Positions 26,841 to 36,827 of a stretch of DNA of 56,413 nt are shown piece by piece (the first letter of the stretch is position 1; every line of letters starts with the position of its first letter). The translations under genes were made by a program, and so were the position numbers. Source of the stretch: an uncultured Candidatus Saccharibacteria bacterium (lineage in GTDB: Bacteria > Patescibacteriota > Minisyncoccia > Phycocordibacterales > Phycocordibacteraceae); NCBI GenBank assembly GCA_964595305.1, contig CAZQPW010000002.1, positions 1 to 56,413 of the forward strand, in the 5' to 3' direction. The notes beneath the pieces were generated by a model. That model did not search any database. It saw only the letters and a program-made list of their open reading frames with translations, and was not told the DNA's origin.

Positions 26841-28502
26841 TTAGTTCCCATCAAGGAGCACAACACGCTCAAGTTCTTCAAGAGACGTGATACCACTTAG
26901 CGCTTTCACGATTCCGTCCTCATGCATAAGCATGAGGTCGTACGTTTTTTGTACAGCGCGAATTTCTCGCTCAGAGGGGAGTGTGCGCAGGAGTTCATCG
27001 ATCTTTTTATCGAGTACAAGCGCTTCAAAAATACCTATTCTCCCTTTGTAGCCGGTGTTGTGGCACTCTGCGCAGCCGGGTGCTTCATAAACGTGGCTCA
27101 CGTCGGGAGGAATCATACTCTTGTCGCGTAGGCCTGCGAGCGCAGAGTCGATAAGTGCCTTTTTCCCTTCTGGGATGGCGACCTGTTTTTTACATTTTTC
27201 ACAAAGGACACGAACAAGGCGCTGAGCCATCGCGATGTTAATCGCAGAGCTGAATACTTTGGCGTCAATGCCCAAATCGATGAGTCGCGGGAACGTGCCC
27301 GCAGCATTGTTGGTGTGAAGCGTCGAGAACACAAAGTGCCCAGTCAGAGCCGCGTCGATGGCGGTTTGTGCAACTTCAGCGTCACGGATCTCGCCCACCA
27401 TAATTACGTCTGGGTCCTGGCGCAGGGCAGAGCGGAGGCCTTGGAGGAATGAGTAGTTTTTTTCAACTTGTGTTTGGACTAGTCCGGCAACGTGATATTC
27501 AATAGGGTCTTCAATGGTGATTGATTTAACTTCGGGGGTCGAGATTCTTTTCAAACATGCATACAGTGTTGTTGATTTCCCACTTCCGGTCGGGCCAGTG
27601 TTAAGGAGCATACCGTTGGGGCGCGAGATTTCTTTTTCAATGAGAGCTTTCATTTTCGGTTCCATGCCAAGCTTTTCAAACGGAACTGAAATTGTTTTCG
27701 GGTCTAGAAGACGCATCACAATAGACTCGCCATATGCGCCCGGGATAATACTGGTTCGCACCTCGATCTCCGAGCTTTGTAATTTAATACTAAAGCGGCC
27801 GTCTTGCGCGTGGTCGTGAATATTAAGCTTAAGGCCAGACAGAAGTTTGACGCGCGAAAGCAGTAGCTGGTGTGTGTCTGACGGAAAGCGAGCAACTTCA
27901 TGCAGTACGCCGTCGAGGCGGTACCGCAGGCGCACGCTTGTCTCTTCAGGTTCAATGTGTACGTCAGATGCGCCGGTTCCAAATGCGCCCGCCATCACCA
28001 CTTCCACGATGCGACTGATGCGGTACGCGCGCTTTAGCGACTCTACTTCAGCTATTTGTTTTTGGATGTCCTCAATGCCTTTGATAGCGGCAATAGTTTT
28101 GGTGAGATCTTCGCTCGAGACATCGATCACGCCCTCTTTAGTGTTAGTTGCAAAAGAAAGGTCGCTGTATCTGCTCCAAGCGACCTCAAGGCTGGCTTTG
28201 GAGACCATGAAGAGGATTATTTCGTACCCGCGCTCAGTAAGTGCGTTTCGAATTGCCTCTGCAGCGCGCGCGTTAGGCGCGCGCGCTGCAAAAGAAACTC
28301 TTTTCCCCACGAGGTCAAAAGCACAAACTTCCGCGTCTCGTGCGTCTTTCTCAGGAATGAGGCGGATAGCATCAGAGTTAATTGTTACGCGAGAAAGGTC
28401 AATATATTTTGCGCTGTATTTTTGACTCAAAATCATTGCGAGCTCCTCTTCTTCGCGCCGCCTGAGCTCATTCAGCTTATCATCCGCAACTAGGTCCTTC
28501 AT
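26841..28502 (-). CDS. pilB: Type II/IV secretion ATPase, PilB/GspE family (type IV pilus assembly ATPase)
   Basis: N-terminal GSPII_E_N-like region, Walker A GPTGSGKST, Asp/His boxes, and the tetracysteine motif CEKCKK...CAECHNTGYKGRIG. Confidence 0.9.
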   Translation of the reverse strand: MKDLVADDKLNELRRREEEELAMILSQKYSAKYIDLSRVTINSDAIRLIPEKDARDAEVCAFDLVGKRVSFAARAPNARAAEAIRNALTERGYEIILFMVSKASLEVAWSRYSDLSFATNTKEGVIDVSSEDLTKTIAAIKGIEDIQKQIAEVESLKRAYRISRIVEVVMAGAFGTGASDVHIEPEETSVRLRYRLDGVLHEVARFPSDTHQLLLSRVKLLSGLKLNIHDHAQDGRFSIKLQSSEIEVRTSIIPGAYGESIVMRLLDPKTISVPFEKLGMEPKMKALIEKEISRPNGMLLNTGPTGSGKSTTLYACLKRISTPEVKSITIEDPIEYHVAGLVQTQVEKNYSFLQGLRSALRQDPDVIMVGEIRDAEVAQTAIDAALTGHFVFSTLHTNNAAGTFPRLIDLGIDAKVFSSAINIAMAQRLVRVLCEKCKKQVAIPEGKKALIDSALAGLRDKSMIPPDVSHVYEAPGCAECHNTGYKGRIGIFEALVLDKKIDELLRTLPSEREIRAVQKTYDLMLMHEDGIVKALSGITSLEELERVVLLDGN

Positions 28503-28525
28503 AGTGAAAATGGTACCATGCGGGT

Positions 28526-28954
28526 ATGCGGTTCACGCTTAAGGATTTGCCACAAGTCGTTCGCGATTTTCTAGCGACACTACCTAAAGACGCCGCTCAG
28601 CATGCATATGTTGTCGGAATTTCAGGCGAACTTGGTAGTGGGAAAACGGCGTTTGTACAAGAACTTGCACGCCAACTTGGAGTGGTTGAAGTGGTGACCA
28701 GCCCAACGTACGTCATACAATCGTCATACGTGCTTGAAGATAGTCCATTTCTAAAACTTGTCCATGTCGACGCATATAGAATAACAAAAGAGGAGAGTGG
28801 TACGATCGACTGGGAAAAAACTCTTGGCGAGCCGCGATCGTTGGTGGTCGTTGAGTGGCCGGAAATGTTGGGCACCGCGTTTCCACAAGGCGCACACAAA
28901 ATTAAGCTCACAGTGATTAATGACACTGAAAGAGAAATCACTTATGAAGCGTAA
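28526..28954 (+). CDS. tsaE: tRNA t6A37 biosynthesis ATPase TsaE
   Basis: P-loop GELGSGKTAFV, followed by SPTY and HVDAYR motifs. Length 142 aa. Confidence 0.8.
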   Translation: MRFTLKDLPQVVRDFLATLPKDAAQHAYVVGISGELGSGKTAFVQELARQLGVVEVVTSPTYVIQSSYVLEDSPFLKLVHVDAYRITKEESGTIDWEKTLGEPRSLVVVEWPEMLGTAFPQGAHKIKLTVINDTEREITYEA

Positions 28955-31343
28955 ACCCCTCCTCGTTGTCCTCGACTCACACGCAATCATCCACCGCGCG
29001 TACCATGCGCTCCCGCCGCTTACCTCGCCGTCAGGAAAGCCAGTTCAGGCGGTGTACGGCCTGCTAACAATGCTGCTCCGTATTATTAACGAACTCAAAC
29101 CGGACGTAGTTGCGGCGGCGTACGACTTGCCCGGTGGCACACACAGGCACCAAGTATACAAAGAGTATAAAGGGAAGCGCGCCGAGATAGATGAGTCACT
29201 CGTAGAACAGCTCTCGCTTTCACGCGACGCGCTCACTGCACTCGGCATCCCCATTTACGACGCGCCCGGCTTTGAGGCAGATGATGTGATCGGAACAATA
29301 GTAGAAAAAAAGAAAAAGAAATACGACATCATCATTGCGTCGGGCGACATGGACACACTCCAACTTGTTGAAGGAAAAAGCGTGCGCGTGTTTACTTTGA
29401 GGAAGGGGCTAACCGATACTGTTCTCTATGACGAGGCAGCGGTAGAGTCGCGCTTCGGTTTTTCACCAGAGCAAGTGCGCGACTATAAAGGACTTGCGGG
29501 TGACACCTCGGATAATATTGTTGGTATTCCAGGTATAGGCGAGAAGTCGGCAACAGAGTTGATTAAAAAGTTTGGCACGGTAGAAAAAATGTACTCCGCG
29601 TTAAAGAAGAATAAGAATGCGCTTGTCATAGCTGGGTTTAGAGAACGGATCCAAAATTTGGTCACCGAACATGAGGATGAGGCACTTTTCTCTAAAATGC
29701 TTGCCACAATTAGAAAAGATGCGCCGGTGACATTTGACGATAGTGCGGGGGTGATCGAAACCTTTTCCGTTGAGCGGGCGGTTGCATATGCAAACGAGAT
29801 GGGATTCCGTTCGCTCGTGCCGCGATTCAAAAAACTTGGTGGCGTCGATGAGCAACCAAAGACTGAATTTAACTATACGCAAAAAGAGGAGGGTAGGGCG
29901 AAGGCGGCAAACCCCTCTGCACAGCTGTTTGATACCGGAGCAAAAGACCCTCTCTTTCCAGAGTGTGCCGTTCTTACGTGGCTACTAAACCCGGAAACAA
30001 CCGATCCAACTCCTGACGATGTGTATGCTGCGGCAGGTACTGGCGATATGACCGAGGCGCACAGAATTTTGTTAGAGAAAGTAAAAAAAGAAAATCTCGA
30101 CAAAGTGTTCTTTGATATTGAAAAACCCCTCATCCCCGTAGTAGCCGAAATGTCGAAGACGGGCGTACTTATAGATCGGTCGCGCCTCGACGTGCTCTCG
30201 AAGGAGTTCAATGCCGAGCTGAAAGAGCTTGAGCGGATGATCCACAAAGACGCTGGAGTGGAGTTTAATGTTGCCTCACCAAAACAACTTGGAGATGTTC
30301 TTTTTAACAAAATGAAACTCGGGGGAACGAAACAAAAGAAGACTGCCGGCGGACAACTTTCGACTAAAGAATCTGAGCTTCAAAAAATTGTAGATCAGCA
30401 CCCAATCATCAACAAGGTACTTCGTTACCGAGAGCTCGCAAAACTTTTGGGTACATACGTTGACGCGATCCCGCCGTACCTCGATGCCGAGTCCAGACTC
30501 CACTCAACGTTTATTCAAACCGGGGCAGCAACGGGACGCATGGCGAGTAAAGATCCCGGTGTTCAAAATATTCCTGTCAAAACAGAGGATGGGCGAAAAA
30601 TAAGAAGCGCATTCGTTGCGGGGAAAGGCAAGGTGCTGCTTGCGCTCGACTACTCACAAATCGAATTGCGACTCGCGGCAATACTTTCGGGTGATGAAAA
30701 GCTTTGTGAGGTGTTTCGGAGGGGAGGAGACGTGCATGCAGCCGTTGCTGCAAGTGTTTTTGGTGTTGAAGAAAGCGAGGTGAACAAGGAAATGCGTAGA
30801 CGAGCGAAAGTGATTAATTTCGGGATCCTCTATGGAATGGGGGTGAACGCGCTTAGGGAGCAGCTCGGTGGCGATCGTAAAGAAGCACAGGAGTTCATGA
30901 ATACCTATTTTGCGACCTTCACTACACTCTCAGCATATTTAGATAAGAGTATAGAGACTGCAAAGAAGCTCGGGTATACAACAACGCTCTATGGACGCAA
31001 GCGTTACTTCCCAGGCTTTAAGTCGCCACTACCATTTATCCGCGCATCTGCAGAGCGCATGGCGATCAATGCGCCAATCCAGGGCTCCCAGTCGGACATC
31101 ATGAAGCTAGCGATGGTGAAAGTTTCTGAGTTAATAAAAGATAAATTCCCCGGCGCATGCGCGCTCATTTTGCAAATCCACGACGAACTTATATTTGAGT
31201 GTGACAAGAAGCAGGCGGAAGCGGTTGTGGCGGAAATCCGCGCGCTCATGGAGCACGTCCTCGACGAAAAGGTGGCGCGCGGGGTCCCAACTACGGTAGT
31301 TGCATCTACGGGCACGTCGTGGGACGATATGCGAGAGCTATGA
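28944..31343 (+). CDS. polA: DNA polymerase I (5' nuclease + family A polymerase)
   Basis: The 5'-3' exonuclease N-terminus shows LLVVLDSHAIIHRAYHA and GDTSDNIVGIPGIGEKSA. Polymerase motif A is LLALDYSQIELRLAA, motif B is RRRAKVINFGILYGM, and motif C is QIHDELIFE. I chose the ATG at 28944; the track start is 28920. Confidence 0.95.
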   Translation: MKRKPLLVVLDSHAIIHRAYHALPPLTSPSGKPVQAVYGLLTMLLRIINELKPDVVAAAYDLPGGTHRHQVYKEYKGKRAEIDESLVEQLSLSRDALTALGIPIYDAPGFEADDVIGTIVEKKKKKYDIIIASGDMDTLQLVEGKSVRVFTLRKGLTDTVLYDEAAVESRFGFSPEQVRDYKGLAGDTSDNIVGIPGIGEKSATELIKKFGTVEKMYSALKKNKNALVIAGFRERIQNLVTEHEDEALFSKMLATIRKDAPVTFDDSAGVIETFSVERAVAYANEMGFRSLVPRFKKLGGVDEQPKTEFNYTQKEEGRAKAANPSAQLFDTGAKDPLFPECAVLTWLLNPETTDPTPDDVYAAAGTGDMTEAHRILLEKVKKENLDKVFFDIEKPLIPVVAEMSKTGVLIDRSRLDVLSKEFNAELKELERMIHKDAGVEFNVASPKQLGDVLFNKMKLGGTKQKKTAGGQLSTKESELQKIVDQHPIINKVLRYRELAKLLGTYVDAIPPYLDAESRLHSTFIQTGAATGRMASKDPGVQNIPVKTEDGRKIRSAFVAGKGKVLLALDYSQIELRLAAILSGDEKLCEVFRRGGDVHAAVAASVFGVEESEVNKEMRRRAKVINFGILYGMGVNALREQLGGDRKEAQEFMNTYFATFTTLSAYLDKSIETAKKLGYTTTLYGRKRYFPGFKSPLPFIRASAERMAINAPIQGSQSDIMKLAMVKVSELIKDKFPGACALILQIHDELIFECDKKQAEAVVAEIRALMEHVLDEKVARGVPTTVVASTGTSWDDMREL

Positions 31344-31810
31344 GGATATTAGAAGGGCAGGAAAAAATCGAGGCGCATACGTATTTGAGTCGCGCCGCTG
31401 AGGTTGCAAAGAGCGCGCTTTGCAAGCGAGGGAAGCGGGGTGCGATCATTACAAATAAAATCGGTGTCATCGGCTACGGCTATAACGCACCACCGCTCAA
31501 CAATGTAAAAAAGTTGCGTTGCCCAGAGAGTGACCCGTGCTGTGTCCACGCGGAGCAGCGCGCTATCATGTCGGCACTTTCTACTTACAAAAGGTTTGTG
31601 CCCGGCTCCACGATGTACTACGCAAAAATTGATGACGTTAACGAGCATGTGTGTTCCGGTGAGCCGAGCTGTACTGTCTGTAGTCGCCTTGTCCTTGATG
31701 TTGGTATCAAAGATTTCGTGATGAAGAAAAAGGAGGGAATAGTGGCGTACGACGCAGAAGAGTTTAACGACCTTTCGATGCTACACTCAAAGAATGCTCG
31801 TCGTATTTGA
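31340..31810 (+). CDS. CMP/dCMP-type zinc deaminase (dCMP deaminase/ComEB-like)
   Basis: Zinc ligands CVHAEQRAI (HAE) and PSCTVCSRL (CxxC). The start ATG overlaps the polA stop (ATGA at 31340-31343). Confidence 0.7.
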   Translation: MRILEGQEKIEAHTYLSRAAEVAKSALCKRGKRGAIITNKIGVIGYGYNAPPLNNVKKLRCPESDPCCVHAEQRAIMSALSTYKRFVPGSTMYYAKIDDVNEHVCSGEPSCTVCSRLVLDVGIKDFVMKKKEGIVAYDAEEFNDLSMLHSKNARRI

Positions 31811-32489
31811 AGGCGGTGATGTGGTGCGCGCAAAGGCTGAGGCAGCTAGGCGTGCAAAAGGAGCGGAGATTGTTCGCGTGGGTGAAGGAGGGGTCGCTTT
31901 TGGCGAGGCGTTGGGGTACATGGGACAGGCAGGAATGTTCGCTTCCGTAGTCACGATTATACTAGAGCGCCCACTTGAGAGTGCGGAAGGGAAAGAGTTT
32001 CTTTTCTCAAATATGGATGCACTCATTTCAGCGAGCGAATTGGTAATTGCTATACAACCAGAAGTTGGCGCGCTAGATAGAAAAAAGTTTCCCAAGAAAG
32101 TAGTGTTCGAGTCATTTGATCTTAAAAATATGCAAGCGACTGAGTCTCGAGCAACGGCGTTCGGTTTGCTCGACGCCTATCAGGCGGGAGACAGGAAGAG
32201 TTTGTGGGTTGAGTATCGTTCCCTGATTGCAGGAGGGCTCGAGGCAGAGGAGATACACGGCACTCTCGCCTGGGGCCTAAGGGGAATGGTGCTTGCTGGT
32301 AAGGTTGGGAGCGCAGCAGAAGCTGGCATGAAGGACTACCCATTTAGAAAAGCCAAGGCAGCCGTCGCAAAGCGTGGTTTGGCGGCAACAGAAACAGCGC
32401 TTGGAGAACTAACCGAGTTGTACCATAGAGCGCGGTTGGGGTACGGGTCGCTCGAACTGTTGCTCGAATCTTTTTTGTTAAAAAAATAA
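31794..32489 (+). CDS. holA: Short DNA polymerase III delta (HolA)-like protein (tentative)
   Basis: The C-terminal pattern AFGLLDAYQAGDRKSLWVEYRSLIAGGLEAEEIHGTLAWGLRGMV resembles the HolA domain III helices. At 231 aa it is shorter than typical HolA. Confidence 0.4.
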   Translation: MLVVFEGGDVVRAKAEAARRAKGAEIVRVGEGGVAFGEALGYMGQAGMFASVVTIILERPLESAEGKEFLFSNMDALISASELVIAIQPEVGALDRKKFPKKVVFESFDLKNMQATESRATAFGLLDAYQAGDRKSLWVEYRSLIAGGLEAEEIHGTLAWGLRGMVLAGKVGSAAEAGMKDYPFRKAKAAVAKRGLAATETALGELTELYHRARLGYGSLELLLESFLLKK

Positions 32490-33257
32490 TTACTTAAAAT
32501 ACAAGGCAAAAAAGTCTTCGATCGGAGCCGAGGTTTTAAACATTTTTACTGGGAAGACGAGCGAAGGGTTTGAAAGGTCTAGTTTTTTAAGATTTTTTAT
32601 AAACTGCTTTGCAAGTTCAGAGTTTACAGAACCATCGCTTGTGACGAACTGGCCCCAGTATCCTTGGCCGGTAAAATACGATGATTTTTTAATAGGCATG
32701 ATGTTTCTTTGGTATGAAAGAGGGAAGAGTGTTCGATACTCTTCTCGGCTGTACAGCCACGAACGTCCATTCACCGTGGTTATTTTTGGGTGATTAGTTT
32801 GGATCTCTTCAAACATTTCTCTAAGTTCTTGCAAACGGGCTGCCCGGCGTTTTTTACTCAGGGGGCCTTTGCGTGATGCATCGGTATTGCGGAAATGAAT
32901 TTGAACCGAGCGGTCGCTTGTTAGTTCATAACCAAAACAACCGTGCCAGTAAACTCCTGGGACGTGTCGCTCAGGTGCCTGAGCTATGCGCTCCGTGATA
33001 TATTCAAGGCGGATAGCGTTGTTGGGCAGAGCAGTTACGTTTGCTACAAATGCTGCCCAGTGTGCGTCGTGTGCCGGGGTTGGGTCGTATGGCAAGCCTA
33101 TGTCTGCATAGAGTGTCGTGCATTCAGCGAGTGCCTCGGCAAGCGGTTTGTTGCGCAGCTCGGATATCTTTTGTGCGAAGAGAAGCTGCAGCTCGTAAAA
33201 CGGCCTTAACCTCTCCAACTTTTCTTGGCGGCTTTGCATTCTTTTCTCGCCCTCCAT
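32490..33257 (-). CDS. Hypothetical protein
   Basis: 255-aa ORF with no recognised motif. It converges on the holA-like gene with no spacer. Confidence 0.5.
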   Translation of the reverse strand: MEGEKRMQSRQEKLERLRPFYELQLLFAQKISELRNKPLAEALAECTTLYADIGLPYDPTPAHDAHWAAFVANVTALPNNAIRLEYITERIAQAPERHVPGVYWHGCFGYELTSDRSVQIHFRNTDASRKGPLSKKRRAARLQELREMFEEIQTNHPKITTVNGRSWLYSREEYRTLFPLSYQRNIMPIKKSSYFTGQGYWGQFVTSDGSVNSELAKQFIKNLKKLDLSNPSLVFPVKMFKTSAPIEDFFALYFK

Positions 33258-33340
33258 ATGAATATATTATACTGTATAATTCGAATCGAGTCAAATTTGT
33301 TGTGATTGACACCCGTCACCCAAGGAGGGATACTTTAATT

Positions 33341-33964
33341 ATGAGAAGTGAGCTACCCAAGCCGTTGCCATACAAACTTGAGCGAGATTCAAAAACAAAT
33401 CTTTACACGCTGGCCCGAAGACATTTTGAGAGTGAGAAGGACGTAAGAGCAAGTCGCGCACATTTTGAGCAGATTGCAGAGGGTGCTGACTTGTACCCTG
33501 AGCTGAAGAACCCTCATCGCAGATATATTGCATTAACTGAAGATGGGATGGCAGACGGAAGAGTGTCGCTCTACCCAACGCTTACTTGGCAGCGTTATTC
33601 AAACAGGTTTAGTATAGGGAGCATCGCTTCGCACGCAATACTTAAACCAAACGAATTTATTTTTGTTCCATTAGAAGGAGATGGGGTTGTTAATAAAACA
33701 AGTGAGTTCCGAAATATACAACTCCCCGTTAGTGCAACCCGAGTAAGCGCGCGAGTCGAGTCAGAGATTAGTTCTGACGAGCTAGTTGTTTGCTATTATC
33801 TCCCCAAGGACCCGAAGTTTTCTGAGGTGACTGTGCTTAGGGAAGAGCGTTTGAAAATTCCGAAAGGTCTGAAATCAAAAGCGGTCCGCGCTGTAGGTCT
33901 TGATCCCAAAAACCCTCACAGAAGAATGTATGAGATATTGCTCTCGAGTCGTGGGAGAAACTAA
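33341..33964 (+). CDS. Hypothetical protein with a repeated KNPHRR motif
   Basis: The ATG at 33341 is preceded by AAGGAGG at 33322-33328. The track's longer N-terminal extension overlaps the divergent gene. LKNPHRRY and PKNPHRRM occur near the two ends of the protein. Confidence 0.5.
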   Translation: MRSELPKPLPYKLERDSKTNLYTLARRHFESEKDVRASRAHFEQIAEGADLYPELKNPHRRYIALTEDGMADGRVSLYPTLTWQRYSNRFSIGSIASHAILKPNEFIFVPLEGDGVVNKTSEFRNIQLPVSATRVSARVESEISSDELVVCYYLPKDPKFSEVTVLREERLKIPKGLKSKAVRAVGLDPKNPHRRMYEILLSSRGRN

Positions 33965-34092
33965 ATACAGACACTAGAATAAATTTTAAAAATCTGTATA
34001 ATAGATCGGAAGAGTCAGCGCCCGTAAGCAAAGCTTTCGGACGCTCTCTCGAACATCATGTGAGCCAAAGGCTCCCACGATCGTTCTCGTTC

Positions 34093-34165
34093 GCGCCCGT
34101 AGCTCAGTCGGTAGAGCAGCTCCCTTTTAAGGAGACGGTCCTTGGTTCGATTCCAAGCGGGCGCA
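34093..34165 (+). tRNA. tRNA-Lys (anticodon UUU)
   Basis: Hand-folded cloverleaf. Acceptor GCGCCCG/CGGGCGC, D arm GCUC/GAGC, anticodon loop CUUUUAA, T arm CUUGG-UUCGAUU-CCAAG. There is a G27-A43 mismatch. CCA is not encoded. Confidence 0.85.
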
Positions 34166-34168
34166 CAA

Positions 34169-34630
34169 ATGCATTTAGTTCTCGACAATATACGCAGCGC
34201 GGAAAACGTAGGAAACATTTTACGGAGCGCAGATGCGTTTGGTGTAGAGAAGGTCTACTTGTGCGGTATTACCCCTGCGCCGATCGATAGGTTTGGTCGC
34301 GAGTTTGCAAAAGTAACTAAAGCTGCTCTTGGTGCGGAAAAGACTGTTGCCTGGGAGCAGGCGAAAGATGTATCAGCAGTGACGCAGTTGCTAAAGGGGG
34401 AAGGTTTTGTCATAGCGGCACTTGAGCAACACGCAAACTCGGTTCCACTCAACAGGCTAAATAATATTAAAAAACTTGCCCTCGTGGTTGGCAACGAAGT
34501 TGGGGGAGTTGATGGGAACGTTCTCGCTAAAGCAGATATGATTTTTGAAATACCAATGGGCGGAAAAAAAGAGTCGCTCAACGTTGCAGTCGCAACGGGT
34601 ATTGCGCTTTTCGTACTTAGTACGCGATAA
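34169..34630 (+). CDS. SpoU/TrmH-family RNA 2'-O-methyltransferase
   Basis: Motifs NVGNILRSADAFG, LVVGNEVGGV and IPMGGKKESLNVAVATGIALF. I chose the ATG at 34169 just after the tRNA; the track start overlaps the tRNA. Confidence 0.85.
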   Translation: MHLVLDNIRSAENVGNILRSADAFGVEKVYLCGITPAPIDRFGREFAKVTKAALGAEKTVAWEQAKDVSAVTQLLKGEGFVIAALEQHANSVPLNRLNNIKKLALVVGNEVGGVDGNVLAKADMIFEIPMGGKKESLNVAVATGIALFVLSTR

Positions 34631-35543
34631 CGTCGACGGTTAAATTATTTTCATCAAGAAGACGGATCCGTTCTCCGCGTGCACGAAAGAGCGGTGAAGT
34701 GCGACCCAAGTAGAGATACCACTCATTGTTTTTAAATCCAGGCTCTGCTTTATGAGCAGTGACACAGCCCGAGTAGGTGAGTCGCTCGGTGATGAGGGCG
34801 TTGCACGCATTTGAGATCCCCCCAGGTAACCCTTTAAGGTTTACCGTGCATGTGTGTGTGTCGCGAAGCGCAATGTCGCACGACTCATTTTCGTCAGAAG
34901 GGGAAAGCACGGCGCGCGCCTCCTCTCTTGGCGACGGGCAGCTACGAGAAATGCCTGGCGCAAAATCATAATACTGAGTAAAGTAGCCTGTGCACAGATT
35001 AGCGCGGAACGAAGAACCTGTTGGTGCGCGCTTCGAGATTACATGCACGGTACTTTGCGCGGGTGCGATTACAGGGGTTACAGAATTTACGCCGCCAAGG
35101 AACGGAATATCAGCCGCTTCCCCAAGCTGCACACGCGCTCCGGTTACCGTTGACTCGAGTTTCCAACCAGTAATGGTTACCGGCTTCGGTGCGCTGCCTG
35201 ATATTGAGATCGTCACATACTCGTCTTCAATAGATTTGCCTGCATTTTGCTTGCGCAACGATACATACTCACTATAAGGAGATGTTTTGTCGACAAAGGT
35301 GCCGAAGCTGTTGGTGAAAGAGCCGAAGGTAGACTCGTCAGTGCTCGACGCATCAAAGCTCCCAGGAGTTCCAATCACACTTGGTATCGGTAGAGGAATT
35401 CGGTTAACCCTGCCAGGGTTTTGAAAAAGTATTCCCTCGTGCGAAAGGGTGCGATTTGGTCCGCCAGAGAAATACCACAGGAGTCCAAATAGTAAGAAAA
35501 TCCCCAAAATAAGCAACAGTCCTTGCAAGAGTCCCTTTACCAT
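34617..35543 (-). CDS. Membrane-anchored lamin-tail-domain (LTD)-like protein
   Basis: N-terminal TM helix. The segment EYVTISISGSAPKPVTITGWKLESTVTGARVQLGEA matches the LTD pattern (EYVEL...L.GW.L) as I recall it. Confidence 0.5.
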   Translation of the reverse strand: MVKGLLQGLLLILGIFLLFGLLWYFSGGPNRTLSHEGILFQNPGRVNRIPLPIPSVIGTPGSFDASSTDESTFGSFTNSFGTFVDKTSPYSEYVSLRKQNAGKSIEDEYVTISISGSAPKPVTITGWKLESTVTGARVQLGEAADIPFLGGVNSVTPVIAPAQSTVHVISKRAPTGSSFRANLCTGYFTQYYDFAPGISRSCPSPREEARAVLSPSDENESCDIALRDTHTCTVNLKGLPGGISNACNALITERLTYSGCVTAHKAEPGFKNNEWYLYLGRTSPLFRARGERIRLLDENNLTVDVIAY

Positions 35544-36826
35544 GCGCGCATTGTATCACGTGCGCGAGGTAAAACTTTTGCTAACTCTTCGCGCACTACC
35601 GTTGCGTCGTCCCATGGAATTTTTGATCCTCCGGGACCCATGATCCAAGGGTCTGTGCCTTTGCCGCTGATTAAAACCGCATCGCCGTCTTTCGCGTGGG
35701 AAAGTGCCACATGGATAGCATCGCGACGATTTAAAATAACGAGCGGTGGGCGCTTCATGCCGCGAACCATCTCCTCGATTATTTTTTCAGGGTCTTCATC
35801 GTACGGATCCTCGTTTGTCAAGATTACTTCCGAGCAGTATGTTTCAGCGATGGCAGCCATCTCGCCGCGCTTCCAAGTGTCGCGTCCACCGCCTGTGTTG
35901 CCGAGCACACAGATGAGTTTCCTGCTCGAGTTCGGTTTCGTATATGAAGTGTAGAGCGCTTTTAATGAGTCGGGAGTGTGTGCGTAATCTACTACTGCGA
36001 GGAAATCCTGGCCAGCATCAACATGTTCTGATCGGCCGCGAACGGGCGGCATACTTGCGAGAGCACGAGCTACCTCCTTAAGAGAGATACCAATGTGCTC
36101 GCACACTTTAATGCACGCAAGAGCATTTGATGCGTTGTGTATGCCAGGCAGTGGGAGGGTAAACGTTACGTTTTTGTATTCGAACGACGTCGCGTTATCT
36201 TCAGATTTTATATTTGAAAGCTCTGCGATGCTGTACGGAGTTTGCGTCGGTACTTTCGCGTTCACGAACTTTGCGTTCCATTCGTCGTCTGTGCATGCGA
36301 TGATCGTGCGGTCGCCTTTCGAACTCTGCTCAAGCTTATGCACAATGTCCCATTTGCGCTCAACATACTTTTCAAATGAACCGTGGCTCTCGATGTGCTC
36401 CTTCTGCACATTTGTCATAACTAAAATGTTTGGGTAAAGATAGTTTGTGCGAGCTTGACGTTCTCCTTCCGTAGTAACTTCAATAACGGCGTGCGTCGCT
36501 CCTGCCGTAATGGCGCGCCTCAGAAAAAATTGAATAAAACCTCTTCCAGGCATAGTCATCTTTTTTAAATTCTTCTCGCTCTTTTCGCCGATTGCGAACC
36601 TGATGGTCCCAACGAGTGCAGTTTTTTTGCCAGCATGAGCTAGGCATGCGAATACCATTTCTGATGTTGTTGACTTTCCTTTGGTCCCGCCTATTTCTAT
36701 CACATACAATTTTTTTGCGGGGAAGCGCGTGTATACCGCAGCGCCAAAAGAAAGGGCTTGGTGGTACAGCGGAAGTAGTGAACTGATAAGGCTCGCGGGG
36801 AGTATGCGTTTTATTAAGTCTTTCAT
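35537..36826 (-). CDS. murE: Mur ligase family protein, MurE-like
   Basis: P-loop IGGTKGKSTTSEM, DYAHTPDSL (characteristic of MurE/MurF), and a C-terminal GNTGGGRD. At 429 aa it is shorter than typical MurE. Confidence 0.65.
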   Translation of the reverse strand: MKDLIKRILPASLISSLLPLYHQALSFGAAVYTRFPAKKLYVIEIGGTKGKSTTSEMVFACLAHAGKKTALVGTIRFAIGEKSEKNLKKMTMPGRGFIQFFLRRAITAGATHAVIEVTTEGERQARTNYLYPNILVMTNVQKEHIESHGSFEKYVERKWDIVHKLEQSSKGDRTIIACTDDEWNAKFVNAKVPTQTPYSIAELSNIKSEDNATSFEYKNVTFTLPLPGIHNASNALACIKVCEHIGISLKEVARALASMPPVRGRSEHVDAGQDFLAVVDYAHTPDSLKALYTSYTKPNSSRKLICVLGNTGGGRDTWKRGEMAAIAETYCSEVILTNEDPYDEDPEKIIEEMVRGMKRPPLVILNRRDAIHVALSHAKDGDAVLISGKGTDPWIMGPGGSKIPWDDATVVREELAKVLPRARDTMRAW

Positions 36827-36827
36827 T

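Noticed and set aside
33041-33340. 100-codon N-terminal extension of the ORF ending at 33964, and comparable extensions at 3726, 36828-37505, 34142, 46835, 54231, 44462 and 48978.
   Set aside because: The extensions overlap divergent genes, tRNAs or promoter-like elements. Internal ATGs with better context (an RBS, a canonical protein N-terminus, or abutting the upstream stop) were chosen instead.
34003-34014. AGATCGGAAGAG, a 12-nt match to the start of the Illumina TruSeq adapter, which could flag a chimeric assembly join.
   Set aside because: The match stops after 12 nt: the next bases TCAGCG do not continue either adapter arm. It sits in a normal-looking spacer right after a TATAAT-like -10 element upstream of tRNA-Lys, and the genes on both sides are intact. 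It is most likely coincidental, though read mapping could confirm this.
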